Positions 51,854 to 64,000 of a stretch of DNA of 64,000 nt are shown in pieces (positions within the stretch are counted from its first letter, which is position 1; every line of letters begins with the position of its first letter). A program made the position numbers and the translations under genes. Where the stretch lies: contig CAVURN010000003.1 in NCBI GenBank assembly GCA_963743915.1, positions 1 through 64,000 of the forward strand. The letters are read 5' to 3'. The notes beneath the pieces were generated by a model. That model was not told where the DNA came from and did no database searches. It saw only the letters and a list, made by a program, of their open reading frames with translations. The stretch is from an uncultured Actinomycetota bacterium. Its GTDB lineage: Bacteria > Actinomycetota > Actinomycetes > JAHEKZ01.

Positions 51854-53831
51854 TCAGGCGTGGTCGATCTCACCGATGACCGTGCCGCCGAGCTGCCGAG
51901 CCACGAGCTCGTGCCCAGCCAGGCCGTCGTCCTCGGCGTCCGGGTCGTCGAGGGTGACCTCGTCGTCGACCGTGTCCGCCGCACGGTCCTTGCCCACCAC
52001 GGGTCCCTCGACCGCCTGCGCGGCGGCGCGCGCCTCGGCCGCTGCAGCCGGGGGCGCAGTCGGGGCGATGGCCTCGTCCGCGGGCAGCGCCGCCGACGAG
52101 GACGCGGCCGAGACCGAGGGGTCGAGGATCGCCACCACGACGAGGTCGAGACCCACCACGTCGATCAGGGCCTGTCGCACGATCTCGTCGTGGCCCCCCT
52201 GCGAGAACGCCCGGTGCGACCCCACGTCGCGCAGGCCGATCTGGAGCTGCTTGTCGTCGACGCCGAGGATGTCGGACTTCTCGAAGAGCTGCGCCCACGT
52301 GACCCGGCGGTAGTCCTTGACCCGGTTGAGGACGTTCGGCCAGAGCCGTCGCAGCTCGGCGAGCTCGTGGGGGGCCGGCGTCGCCGACCCGTCGTCGACT
52401 GCCGCGCCGGCGGGTGCCGCTTCCGCTTCGGCACCCCCGGGCGCCGACGGCACCGTCTCACGCGGTGTGGCCGTCGGAGCCGGCTCAGCCGGTGTGGCGG
52501 GCTCCGGACCAGCATTCGCCTCGACTGTCGCCGGAGACCGTGGGGAGGGCTCGGCAGATGACGCGGCCGTCGTCCTGGGTCGCTTGGTCGACGCCGAACG
52601 TCCGGAACGAGCGGCAGGCGGCGCCGCCGAACGCTGCGCGGGGGCTTCGTCGACCTCCACCGCACCGGCGATCGAGAATCGACGCTCCATGCGCTCGAGC
52701 CGCGCGGCCAGGCTGAGCTCGTCCCCGTGAGCGCCGGGCAGCAGCAGCTTGGCGCAGACCAGCTCGAGATGCAGACGAGGTGGCGTCGGACCCTTCATCT
52801 CGGCGATCCCGGTGGCCACCAGCTCGGTGCACCGGGTGAGCGCGGCCAGCCCGATCCGGTCCGCCTGCGCCTGCACGCGGCCGCGCTGGTCGTCGGCGCC
52901 GCCGACCAGCCGACGCTCGAAGGCGTCCTCGACGGCGGCGACGATCACCAGGTCGCGCAGCCGCTCGAGCAGGTCCTTCATGAACCGCTCGGGGTCGAGC
53001 CCGGCATCGATGACGGAGTCGATGACGCCGAACAGCGCTGCACCGTCGCGCGTCGGCGATCGCGTCGACGATCGCGTCCAGCAGTGTGGCCGGCGTGAAC
53101 CCGAGCAGCTCGATCGTGCGCTCGTAGGTCAGCTGTTGTCCCTCGGCACCGCCGATCAGCTGGTCGAGGACGCTGAGCGAGTCACGCACCGATCCCGCGC
53201 CGGCCCGCACGACCAGGGCCAGCACGCCCGGCTCGACGGTGATGCCTTCGGACTCGCACACCGTGGCGAGGTAGTCCTCGAGCATGCGCGACGGCACCAG
53301 GCGGAACGGGTAGTGGTGCGTCCGCGACCGGATGGTGCCGATGACCTTCTCCGGCTCGGTGGTCGCGAAGACGAACTTCACGTGCGGCGGCGGCTCTTCG
53401 ACCACCTTCAGCAGGGCGTTGAAGCCCTGCGTCGAGACCATGTGCGCCTCGTCGATGATGTAGATCTTGTAGCGCGAGGACGCCGGCGCGAAGAAGGCCC
53501 GGTCGCGCAGCTCGCGGGCGTCGTCGACGCCACCGTGGCTGGCCGCGTCGATCTCGATGACGTCGATGCTGCCCGGGCCGCCGCGCGCGAGGTCGCGGCA
53601 GCTCTGGCACTCACCGCAGGGCTCCGGCGTCGGGCCCTTCTCGCAGTTCAGGCAGCGCGCGAGGATGCGCGCAGAGGTCGTCTTGCCGCACCCACGCGGG
53701 CCGGAGAAGAGGTAGGCGTGCGTGACGCGGTCGTGCGCGAGCGCCTGCATGAGCGGCTCGGTGACGTGCTCCTGCCCGATCAGGTCGGCGAACCGCTCAG
53801 GGCGGTAGCGGCGGTAGAGGGCGGTCGACAC
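51854..53831 (-). CDS. dnaX: DNA polymerase III gamma/tau, frameshift near 53050
   Basis: LYRRYRP, GPRGCGKT, DEAHM, FNALLK. Confidence 0.96.
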
Positions 53832-53865
53832 GGTGACGACCCTAGCCGCAGCCCAGGACAGCAAG

Positions 53866-53957
53866 GGACCCCCCGCGCACCCGCCAGAGCCCGTCCTACC
53901 CTTGCTGCCTTCCGGCCCTGGGGGAGTTCAGAGAGATGACGCCGCACGAGGGGTCGA
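53866..53957 (-). ncRNA. ffs: SRP RNA (4.5S)
   Basis: CAGGGCCGGAAGGCAGCAAGGG core within a long stem, upstream of dnaX. Confidence 0.95.
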
Positions 53958-54090
53958 CGACCAGTCTACGGGACGCGGCACGCGGCGTCCCGGGCCGCCG
54001 ATTCGGGAGCTGACGACCACCCCGGGTCCCTGGTGGGGACACCTGCTCCCGATTCGAGGCACGACGCGCGCACGCGGTAATCTCTGCGGC

Positions 54091-54175
54091 GGAGGATTCG
54101 CCTAGTGGCCTAGGGCGCACGCTTGGAAAGCGTGTTGGGGGCAACCCCTCACGGGTTCGAATCCCGTATCCTCCG
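54091..54175 (+). tRNA. tRNA-Ser(GGA)
   Basis: GGAGGATTCGCCTAGTGG...TTGGAAA..., long variable arm, GTTCGAATCC. Confidence 0.97.
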
Positions 54176-54228
54176 CTCTCCCGTCGCAGCAGGACGAACA
54201 GCGCCGACGCCCTGGTTAGGGTCGACCG

Positions 54229-54808
54229 ATGACCATGCTGACCCCGCTCGGTGCGGGCGGTGCCCCGTACCGGCGACGACGTCGCTGGCCGCGAGTGCTC
54301 GCCGTGCTGCTGGTGCTGGGACTGGTCGCCGCAGCGGCGGGAGGTGCCTGGTGGTGGTACCGAGACCGTCAAGCGGTCGAGCAGCTGCCGGCCCCTGTGG
54401 CGTCACGCTCCTGCACGACGCCGACCCCGAGGGTCCCTGACAAGCTTCCCGAGACGTCACGGGTGACCGTGACGGTCGCCAACGGCACCGACCGCGCCGG
54501 CCTGGCCCTCGAGACCGCGGACGACCTCACCGCCCGGGGTTTCGTGGTCGATGACTTCGGCAACACCGAGCGGCCGGTCGACGAGGGTGTGGCGCTCGTG
54601 CGCTACCGCGGACGAGGACCTCGCTGCCGCCGTGGTCGTGGCGTCCTACGTCCCTGGGGCGACGCTGCGTCCCGTCCCACGGGTGCCGGACGGTGACGTC
54701 GCGCTCTGGCTCGGTCCGGATTTCGACGGTGTCGTGAGCACCGCGGAGGCTGACCCCGCCGCGGTCGCGGTGCCACCCGGTGAGCCCCGTTGCCAGAAGG
54801 TGCGCTGA
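54229..54808 (+). CDS. LytR C-terminal domain membrane protein, frameshift near 54610
   Basis: TM segment, then VTVANGTDRAGLA..L.ARGF, VALWLGPDF. Confidence 0.82.
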
Positions 54809-54823
54809 TCGGAGGTGACTCCG

Positions 54824-55768
54824 TCAGCCCTGCGCCCACAGGCGTCGGGCCGCCTCGACATCGGGCACCGGGTCGTCACCGAAGATCTCGCCGAAGCCGA
54901 ACGCGTCGGTGATCTCGAGGGCCTCGCGACGCTTCGACTCCGGCACGCGGGCAAAGGGGTCATGCAGCAGGTCTCCGCCGTGGCGCACCGCGGAGTCGTG
55001 CCGCGCCATCTTCGAGGGACGGCTCGTGGCGTCCTCGAGCGAGGCAGCGGTCGGACGCCCCAGGGCCTCGAGCACGGGACCTGCAGCGCGCGGGGGGTCG
55101 AGCAGCAGCTCCTCGTAGACCACGAGCGCGGCGCGCGTGGCGCCCACCGTGCGGAAGGCGACCAGGTTCTCGACGCACCAGTGCCCGACCAGCCGCTGCC
55201 ACGGAGTCTGCAGGCCCTGGATGACGTCGAGGTAGGGGGCGAGGTGGTCGGCCACGAGCTCGGGCTGTGCGCTGAACCGGCTCAGCCGGTCCTTCCACCC
55301 CATCCGCTCCTGGCTGGCGGCGACCATCACCGGGTGCCGGACCACGAAGATCATCGGCGTCTGCGGGAAGTGCGCGTGCATCCATCCGAGCAGGCAGTGC
55401 GCGCGGATCTCCTTGACGATCCGCCAGTGCGCGACGTGGGTGTAGTTCTGGTGGTTGACCCAGCGGTTGTGACGGGGGTACCCGGACAGCACGCGTCCCA
55501 CGACGTCGACGAACCGCTCGTCCCCCGCGCGCAGATAGGTGTACTCGCCCAGCTCCCGGATCGCCGGCACCTCGGACGCGCGGAAGGGCTCGAACACGAT
55601 CCGGGCGGTTCCGTCGCTGTTGGCGATCTCCTCGACCCAGGTGGTGCCGCTGCGGCCCGAACCGGCGATGACGACGGTGTCCTCCGGCCCGCCCGCCCGG
55701 TCCCAGACGGCCCAGCGGCGGAACTCGTGGCGGTAGGGCCTGCTGGTGAGGTAGCGGGATGCGGCCAT
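54824..55768 (-). CDS. Sulfotransferase family protein
   Basis: 5'-PSB motif GSGRSGTTW, FEP, IVKE, VRHP, YEELL. Confidence 0.82.
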   Translation of the reverse strand: MAASRYLTSRPYRHEFRRWAVWDRAGGPEDTVVIAGSGRSGTTWVEEIANSDGTARIVFEPFRASEVPAIRELGEYTYLRAGDERFVDVVGRVLSGYPRHNRWVNHQNYTHVAHWRIVKEIRAHCLLGWMHAHFPQTPMIFVVRHPVMVAASQERMGWKDRLSRFSAQPELVADHLAPYLDVIQGLQTPWQRLVGHWCVENLVAFRTVGATRAALVVYEELLLDPPRAAGPVLEALGRPTAASLEDATSRPSKMARHDSAVRHGGDLLHDPFARVPESKRREALEITDAFGFGEIFGDDPVPDVEAARRLWAQG

Positions 55769-55928
55769 GTCGCGCCCGACTGTAGCGCCCGGCCGCTCCC
55801 GAGAACGGGACAGTTCCTCGAACAGGGTGTGCGACGCCGCCGTCCGGGTTACGGTCACGGGAGGGGACGCGTGTGCGGAGCGACGTCCCGATCGTCATGT
55901 CCACCTCCGCCCACTCGGAAGGATCCCG

Positions 55929-56861
55929 ATGCGGACGAAGATCCTGATCGCGGTTGCCGCGGTCCTCACGATGGTCGGCTGGGCCACGCCTGCCCAGGCG
56001 ATCGTCAACGGCCAGCCGGACGACGGGGAACACCCGTTCGTCGGCCAGCTGCTGTTCTACGTTCCTGATGATGTCGACTCGCGTTTCGACGACCCCGGTG
56101 CCTGGTTCAACTGCACCGGCACTCTCGTCAGCTCGACGCAGGTCCTGACCGCGGGTCACTGCACGTACGCCGTCGGGCTCGAAGGCGAGTCCACCACTGC
56201 CGGAGGCGGCTCCGGCTCCGGCGGCACCGACGTCTGGATGAGCTTCGCCGAGGTGCCGGACTACAGCATGCTTCCGCCCAGCAGCGGCTTCGTCCCCGAC
56301 CGCAACGGCGACCGCTACGACGCCTGGTCGGCGGCGCTGGACGCGTCTCCCGAGTGGCTGGAGGCCACGGCCTACACCCACCCGCAGTTCGACAACAACG
56401 CCTTCTACCTGCACGACCTCGGCGTGCTGACGCTCGACGAGCCGCGCGCGTCCAGCCAGTACGGCCAGCTCCCGCAGCTCGGGTTGCTCGACACCTTGGT
56501 GAAGCAGAAGTCCAAGCTGCTCTTCCAGGCCGTCGGCTACGGGCTCGAGGGATCGAAGCTGAACTCTTCGCTGGGCGGCGACACCCGCCGGAAGGCGGAT
56601 CAGCGCCTCGTCAGCCTCAATGGCGCAAGTGGGATCGGCAAGGGAGTCTCGGCGAAGTTCTCGAACAACAAGGGCGTGAACACCACCGGCGGCACCTGCT
56701 TCGGTGACTCCGGCGGGCCGATCTTCCTCCAGCCGACCAACACCATCGTCGCGGTCACGTCGTACGGGATCAGCCCGACCTGCGCCGACGGCACCGGCGG
56801 CTACCGGGTCGACCAGACCGACGACCTGAACTGGCTGAAGACCTTCGGTCTCAAGCCCTAG
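55929..56861 (+). CDS. Secreted trypsin-like (S1) serine protease
   Basis: Signal AQA|IVNG, LTAGHC, HDLGV, GDSGGP. Confidence 0.93.
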   Translation: MRTKILIAVAAVLTMVGWATPAQAIVNGQPDDGEHPFVGQLLFYVPDDVDSRFDDPGAWFNCTGTLVSSTQVLTAGHCTYAVGLEGESTTAGGGSGSGGTDVWMSFAEVPDYSMLPPSSGFVPDRNGDRYDAWSAALDASPEWLEATAYTHPQFDNNAFYLHDLGVLTLDEPRASSQYGQLPQLGLLDTLVKQKSKLLFQAVGYGLEGSKLNSSLGGDTRRKADQRLVSLNGASGIGKGVSAKFSNNKGVNTTGGTCFGDSGGPIFLQPTNTIVAVTSYGISPTCADGTGGYRVDQTDDLNWLKTFGLKP

Positions 56862-56874
56862 GGAATCGGATGCA

Positions 56875-56911
56875 AGAAGACCGCCGCGGCATGAGGCCGC
56901 GGCGGTCTTCT
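56875..56911 (+). terminator. Hairpin terminator
   Basis: AGAAGACCGCCGCGGC-ATGAG-GCCGCGGCGGTCTTCT. Confidence 0.85.
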
Positions 56912-57257
56912 GCGTCTGGCTGGGCTGACCCCCGGCGCTCCGTCCGGGCGTTACCTCCCGCTCGACGACGATGTCGACGAACTCCGGTGGGCCATCCACG
57001 ACGTCAGCTGAGTCGCTCATGACACTCCCGGCGGCTTCCTGACGCCGCGGGTCGTGTTCCCGTGACCGAGCTTTGTCCTCGCCCTCGAAGACAACGAGCA
57101 CGTAACAGGTCCGTGCGTCCTTCTGGTCCCATCCGATGGTCCAGCGGGCCAGTATGGCTGTGGGTGCGTGACGCCGGTACCGCCTCGACCGTGTCCAGAC
57201 ATTCCACACCGAGGCACCACCCGGCGATCCTCGGCGCGACGAGACCCCGGGGTCGTA

Positions 57258-57347
57258 TGGCGGTGGCGGTGGGATTTGAACCCACGGAGGAGTTGCCCCC
57301 TCACACGCTTTCGAGGCGTGCTCCTTCGGCCGCTCGGACACGCCACC
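57258..57347 (-). tRNA. tRNA-Ser(CGA)
   Basis: GGTGGCGTGTCCGAGCGG...CTCGAAA...GGTTCAAATCCCACCGCCACCGCCA. Confidence 0.97.
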
Positions 57348-57357
57348 GCCGCAGAGA

Positions 57358-57849
57358 TTACCGGACGGTCGCGGTGCCGTCCGAATCGCGGTGACCTGCG
57401 AAGAACTGCCGCACCAGCCGTCCGCACTCGTCGGCCAGCACCCCCGCGACCACCTCCGGCCGGTGGTTCAGCCGCCGGTCGCGCACCACGTCCCACAACG
57501 TCCCCACAGCACCCATCTCTTCGTTCCAGGCACCGAACACGAGGCGCTCGACCCGGGCCAGGACCAGGGCCCCGGCGCACATCGTGCAGGGCTCGAGCGT
57601 GACCACGAGCGTGCAGCCGTCGAGCCGCCAGGTGCCCAGCGTGGACGCCGCATGCCGCAGCGCCAGCACCTCGGCGTGCGCCGTGGGATCAGCGTCGACC
57701 TCGCGGCGGTTGTGGCCGCGTCCGATGATCTCGTCGGCGCCATTCACCACGACGGCGCCGATCGGCACGTCCCCGGAGGACGGGGCCGCTCGTGCCTCGT
57801 CCAACGCCACTCGCATGGCAGCGTCGTACGGGGAGGTGTCCGGGGACAT
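57358..57849 (-). CDS. tadA: tRNA adenosine(34) deaminase
   Basis: HAEV, TLEPCTMC, RRLNH. Confidence 0.95.
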   Translation of the reverse strand: MSPDTSPYDAAMRVALDEARAAPSSGDVPIGAVVVNGADEIIGRGHNRREVDADPTAHAEVLALRHAASTLGTWRLDGCTLVVTLEPCTMCAGALVLARVERLVFGAWNEEMGAVGTLWDVVRDRRLNHRPEVVAGVLADECGRLVRQFFAGHRDSDGTATVR

Positions 57850-57861
57850 GTCGCGTCCGCG

Positions 57862-58487
57862 TCAGGCGACGAGCTGCATCGCGGCGTCGTACTGCTCGGA
57901 GAACCCCATGTGCTCGGCCAGCTGGCTGAAGACGTCGTCGGGGTAGAGGTCGAGGTCGTCGCAGAGCTCAGCCAGCAGGAGCGGACTGACGCCGAGGTCG
58001 GCGAGCAGGTCGAGGTCACCGGCCGGCTCGATGTCGTCCTCGTCGTCGCCATCGGGCATGGGCAGGCCGAGGCGGTCGAGCACCTGACCGGCGAAGGGGG
58101 CGTCGAAGGCGGCGGTCACGTCGCTGAGCAGTATCCGCACGTGGTCACCGACACAGCGAAGGATGACGAAGAAGTCCTCCTCGAACGAGACGAGACCACG
58201 GCACCCCCAAGGCGGTCGAGCACCTGGCCGGCGAAGGGGGCGTCGAAGGCGGCGGTGACATCGCTGAGCAGCATGCGGACGTCGTCGCCGACGCAGCGAA
58301 GGATGACGAAGAAGTCCTCCTCGAACGAGACGAGACCCACGGCGCCGGCGTCCCCGGGCTGCTGGTGCAGGGCGTGGATGATCTGGTCGAGGTCGTCGGC
58401 AGCGGCCGGGGGCATGGGCACCACGGACCACACGCCGTCCTCGCGGACCGCGGCCAACGCGAAGTCGGCCGCCATGTCGTCGCTCAT
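57862..58487 (-). CDS. tRNA adenosine deaminase-associated protein, disrupted by an internal 140-bp duplication
   Basis: FALAAVREDGVW, EEDFFVILR, LLSDVTAA, PAGDLDLLADLG; immediately upstream of tadA. Confidence 0.82.
58070..58337. repeat. Diverged tandem duplication, 140-bp period
   Basis: 58071-58197 vs 58211-58337 differ at 9 of 127 positions. Confidence 0.93.
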
Positions 58488-58644
58488 CCCGGCCTCCGCT
58501 GTGATCGCCGTTCCCTCGGTGATGGTGTCAGAGTCCGGAGCGGATTGCCTAGGCCCTTTGACCCACGATGACGGCGGGATGGGTGCGGCGATCCCTTCGA
58601 TCAATGGAGGCGGTGTCACAGGGCACCCACAAGGGTGGGGTGGG

Positions 58645-60011
<1,367 letters not shown>

Positions 60012-60015
<4 letters not shown>

Positions 60016-60314
60016 GCGTCCGGACCCTTCGCCGGCGCCTGACGCGGTCGGAACATCTGCAGCATCCGGTCGGTGACGACGAAGCCGCCGACCATGTTCA
60101 CGGTGGCCAGGACGACGGCCACCAGCCCGAGCCACAGCTCGGGGTCGGTGTCGGCGTGCCCGGTGACGATGATCGCCCCGACCAGGATGACACCGTGGAT
60201 CGCGTTGGCGCCCGACATCAGCGGCGTGTGCAGGATCGTCGACACCTTCGACACGACCTCGAACCCGACGAAGATGCTCAGGACGAAGATCGTGAGCAGC
60301 GCGACGCCATCCAT
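60012..60314 (-). CDS. NAD(P) transhydrogenase alpha subunit part 2
   Basis: LHTPLMSGANAIHG, NMVGGFVVTDRML. Confidence 0.95.
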
Positions 60315-61444
60315 CAGGCAGCCCCCTCCATCGCCTCGCGGGCGGGCGCGAAGCGCACCTCGCCGTCGTGCACCACGCACGCGCCGTCGATGATCTCGTC
60401 GTCGAAGTCGAAGGTGATGGCACCGTCCTTGACGAAGAGCTGGCTGATCGCGACCAGGTTGGCGGCGTAGAGACGGGATGCCGCGACCGGCATCTGGGAG
60501 GGCACGTTCTGCGCGCCCCACACCGTCGCTCCACCGACCTGGACGACCTCGCCGGCCACTGCGCCCTCGACGTTGCCCCCCGTCTCGGCGGCAAGGTCGA
60601 CCACGACCGACCCGGGTCCCATGGCCTCCACCATCTCGCGCGTCACCAGCAGCGGCGCCTGACGTCCGGGGACCGCAGCCGTGGTGATCACCGCGTCGGC
60701 GGCCGCGATGTACGGGGCGAGCAGCTCACGCTGACGGGCGGACCGGTCCTCGGTCATCTCACGGGCATACCCGCCGGCACCCTCGAGCGACTCGAGGTCG
60801 AGGTCGATGAACTTGGCCCCCATGCTGCGGATCTCGTCGGCCGCGGCGCTGCGCACGTCGTAGGCCTGCACCACGGCACCGAGACGCTTGGCGGTGGCGA
60901 TCGCCTGGAGCCCCGCCACACCCGCACCAAGCACGACGACCTGCGCCGGCTTGACCGTGCCGGCTGCGGTCATGAGCAGCGGGAAGAACTTCGGCAGTCG
61001 CTCAGCAGCCACCAGTGCGCAGCGGTAGCCGGCCACCAGCGCCTGCGACGACAGGGCGTCCATCGACTGCGCGCGAGAGATGCGAGGGACGAGCTCCATC
61101 GAGAAGTAGGTGACGCCGGCGTCCCGAGCGGCCTTGACCTTGTCGAGCGACTGCACGGGCGCGAGGAACGACACCACCGTCGTTCCTCGGACGAGACGCC
61201 CGACGACGTCGGCGTCGAGTGAGTTGACGCTGAGGACGAGGTCGGCACCGGCGAGGACGTCACCGTCGACGACGGACGCCCCGGCGTCGCGGTAGGCGTC
61301 GTCGGTGGCGTTGGCCGCCAGCCCGGCACCGGCCTGCACGCGCACGTCGACGCCGAGGGCGGTCAGCCGCCCCACGCTCTCCGGCACCAGAGCGACCCGG
61401 CGTTCACCGGGTCGCGTCTCTGTCGGTACTGCGACAGTGGTCAC
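60314..61444 (-). CDS. pntA: NAD(P) transhydrogenase alpha subunit part 1
   Basis: ERRVAL, RISRAQSMDALSSQ, GAGVAGLQA. Confidence 0.95.
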   Translation of the reverse strand: MTTVAVPTETRPGERRVALVPESVGRLTALGVDVRVQAGAGLAANATDDAYRDAGASVVDGDVLAGADLVLSVNSLDADVVGRLVRGTTVVSFLAPVQSLDKVKAARDAGVTYFSMELVPRISRAQSMDALSSQALVAGYRCALVAAERLPKFFPLLMTAAGTVKPAQVVVLGAGVAGLQAIATAKRLGAVVQAYDVRSAAADEIRSMGAKFIDLDLESLEGAGGYAREMTEDRSARQRELLAPYIAAADAVITTAAVPGRQAPLLVTREMVEAMGPGSVVVDLAAETGGNVEGAVAGEVVQVGGATVWGAQNVPSQMPVAASRLYAANLVAISQLFVKDGAITFDFDDEIIDGACVVHDGEVRFAPAREAMEGAA

Positions 61445-61519
61445 GGGCGCCACCCTATGACGACGTCAAGAGATTTCATGGGCCAAAGGTCCGTGTCATG
61501 GAACGCAGGTCAGCGGACT

Positions 61520-62707
61520 TCAGCCCAGAACCTTCAGCAGCTTGTCGATGGCCAGGTCGAGGTCGTCCTGCTCGATCACCAACGGTGGCGCGAGCCGAAT
61601 GGTCGTCTCGTGCGTGTCCTTGGCCAGGACGCCGTCGAGCATGAGCCTCTCGCAGCGGGCTCGTGCAGTGTCGCCACCGGGGTGCAGCTGGACGCCGGCC
61701 CACAAGCCACGCCCCCTGATCTCGGCCACCGTGGACGGGGACTCAGCGCGCAGACGTCCGAGCATGTGGTCGCCGAGGACCCGGGAGCGCTCCTGGTACT
61801 CGCCGGTCTTCAGCATGGCGATGACCTCGCGACCGATGGCCGCCGCAAGCGGGTTGCCGCCGAACGTCGAGCCGTGCTCCCCGGGACGGAAGACACCGAG
61901 GATGTCCGCATCAGCGGCGACCGCGGACACCGGGTAGATGCCGCCGCCCAGCGCCTTGCCCATCACGTACATGTCGGGGACGACCTCGTCCCACTCCACG
62001 GCGAACGTCTTGCCGGTTCGACCCATGCCGCTCTGGATCTCGTCTGCGATCAGCAGCACGTTGTGCTCGGTACAGAGCTCGCGGGCCGCGGCGAGGTACC
62101 CGTCCGGAGGGACGATGACTCCGGCCTCGCCCTGGATGGGCTCGATGAGGAAGGCCACCGTCTCCGACGTGAACGCCGCCCGCAGCGCATCGAGGTCCCC
62201 GTAGGGGACGATGTCGAAACCGGGCGTGAAGGGTCCGAAGTCGTCCCGCGCGTCCGGGTCGGTCGAGAACGACACGATCGTCGTGGTGCGTCCGTGGAAG
62301 TTGCCGTCGGCGACGACGATGCGTGCGGCGTCCGCCGGGACGCCCTTCACCTTGTAGCCCCACTTGCGCGCGGTCTTGATGGCCGTCTCGACCGCCTCGG
62401 CGCCGGAGTTCATCGGCAGCACCATGTCCTTGCCGGTGAGCTCGGCCAGCCCCTGGGCGAAGGCACCCAGCTGGTCGTTGTGGAAGGCCCTGCTGGTCAG
62501 GGTGAGGCGGTCGAGCTGCGCCTTAGCGGCTTCGACGAGCCGCGGGTGGCGGTGTCCGAAGTTGAGAGCCGAGTAGGCGGACAGCAGGTCGAGGTAGCGC
62601 TTGCCGTCGATGTCCGTGACCCACGCCCCGTCGCCGTGCGTGAGCACGACCGGGAGCGGATGGTAGTTGTGCGCGCTGTAGCGCTCGACCTGTTCACGTG
62701 GATCCAT
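61520..62707 (-). CDS. rocD: Ornithine aminotransferase
   Basis: AHNYHPLPVV, EPIQGEAG, DEIQSG, GKALGGG, HGSTFGGNP. Confidence 0.95.
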   Translation of the reverse strand: MDPREQVERYSAHNYHPLPVVLTHGDGAWVTDIDGKRYLDLLSAYSALNFGHRHPRLVEAAKAQLDRLTLTSRAFHNDQLGAFAQGLAELTGKDMVLPMNSGAEAVETAIKTARKWGYKVKGVPADAARIVVADGNFHGRTTTIVSFSTDPDARDDFGPFTPGFDIVPYGDLDALRAAFTSETVAFLIEPIQGEAGVIVPPDGYLAAARELCTEHNVLLIADEIQSGMGRTGKTFAVEWDEVVPDMYVMGKALGGGIYPVSAVAADADILGVFRPGEHGSTFGGNPLAAAIGREVIAMLKTGEYQERSRVLGDHMLGRLRAESPSTVAEIRGRGLWAGVQLHPGGDTARARCERLMLDGVLAKDTHETTIRLAPPLVIEQDDLDLAIDKLLKVLG

Positions 62708-62799
62708 GGCGGCAGTCTGGCACCCCGACCCCCGCCGCCGCACCCAGGACCGCACTGTGTCCCACCGGATCATGTTCCGGCACCTACTACCGTGGCGCC

Positions 62800-64000
62800 G
62801 TGACCTTGATCGACTGGCGTGACCGGTTCCGCCTGCCCGTCGTCGGCTTCCCCGCGAGCTCCCCTGACGACCCGCATCGCCTGGTCTTCGTCAGCAACGA
62901 AGGGGGCTCCACCCAGATCTGGACGGCCGACACCGCGACCGACGAGCGCCACGCCGTCACGGATCAGCGGGTGGGCGTCGAGGAGTTCGTGCTCGCGCCG
63001 CACGGGGACGCCGTGGCGTGGTGGAGCGACGACAGTGGGGACGGCAACGGCGCGTGGGTGTCGACGCGCCTGCGACGACACCGACACCGCACCGCTGCTC
63101 ACCGGGCTCGGCCCGGGATGGAGCGAGGGACTCGCATGGGCCGGCGACACCGTGGCCATCGCCCTCACCGACGAGTCCACCTACCGCGTCTACGTCGGCG
63201 CACCGGGAGGTGCCGGACGACTGGTCGCTGAGTCGTCGCGACCGATGGGGCTCGGCCGCGAGTGGGAGACCACTCCCGGCGGGCTGTCGACCGACGGTTC
63301 ACTGCTGTGCCTCAGGCACTCTGACGCCGGCGACATGCTGCACTTCGGACTGCGGGTCATCGACCTGTCCACCGACGAGGTGCTCGGCGAGGTCGTCGAC
63401 GAAGGGTTGAACGTCCGCGTCGCGTCGTGGTCCCCGGCACCTGGCGACCAGCGGGTCGCGCTGATCCACGAACGCGACGGGATCGACCGGCCGGCCGTGT
63501 GGCGTCCCACCACCGGAGAGCTCCGCGACTACCCGCTGGACCTCCCGGGTGAGGTGGACGTCGCGGACTGGTACCCGGACGCGTCCGCGCTCCTGCTGAT
63601 CCACTGGCACGAGGGCCGGTGCCAGCTGTACCGGCTGGACCTGTCCACGGGCGGATGCACCCTCGTCCACGATCCTGACGGCTACATCTCCGGGGCGGCG
63701 GTCCGCCCTGACGGCGTGGTCTGGCTGCGCGAGGAGGCCGGGGACCGCGCGCCACGCGTCCGCACGGTCGACGGCGACACGGTGCTGTCCGGTCCCGGCG
63801 AGGCACCGCCAGGGGCGCCACACCGAAGTCTGCGCTTCGTCGGCTCGTCCGGGCAGACGACGCACATGCTCGTGGCGACACCCCCGCACGAGGGACCGCA
63901 TCCGACGGTGATGCTCGTGCACGGCGGTCCCGAGTGGGCCGAACCCGACGCGTACGACCCGTGGACCTCCACCCTCGTCGACCACGGGGTGGCCGTGGCG
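62800..64000 (+). CDS. S9-family prolyl oligopeptidase-like protein, truncated at window end, frameshifted
   Basis: Beta-propeller N-terminus followed by PTVMLVHGGPE. Confidence 0.8.

Noticed and set aside
53030-53070. Programmed frameshift in dnaX producing gamma/tau
   Set aside because: No A-AAA-AAG or poly-A slippery site, and the shift lies inside the conserved clamp-loader core; probably a sequencing indel.

Overview
High-GC actinomycete chromosomal segment, mostly core genome. It matches the conserved topA-hppA-helicase-tad-ssd-6C-HAD-acs-nhaA-marP-nth-crp-bagAB-whiB4-ponA2 region (the Rv3644-Rv3688 equivalent), followed by asd-ask-recR-dnaX-ffs, tadA, pntAB and rocD. It has four tRNAs, SRP RNA, 6C RNA, a probable nhaA-I (Li+) riboswitch and an IS481 inserted at the tRNA-Thr 3' end. 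Many genes, including the essential topA, holB and dnaX, carry single-base frameshifts, most likely long-read or assembly indels. The most unusual signal is an AbiEi/DUF559-type nuclease gene flanked by two 62-bp REPIN-like palindromes, sitting in the slot where Ms1 RNA normally lies. An orphan copy of the palindrome lies 14 kb away, and a related 32-bp-period G(T/C)CGAGTG repeat occurs at three other intergenic sites. A bipartite TGTGGAC-like motif with an identical 26-bp offset lies upstream of this gene, the Flp pilin gene and ssd. All calls come from reading the sequence and recalling family motifs; no database searches were run.
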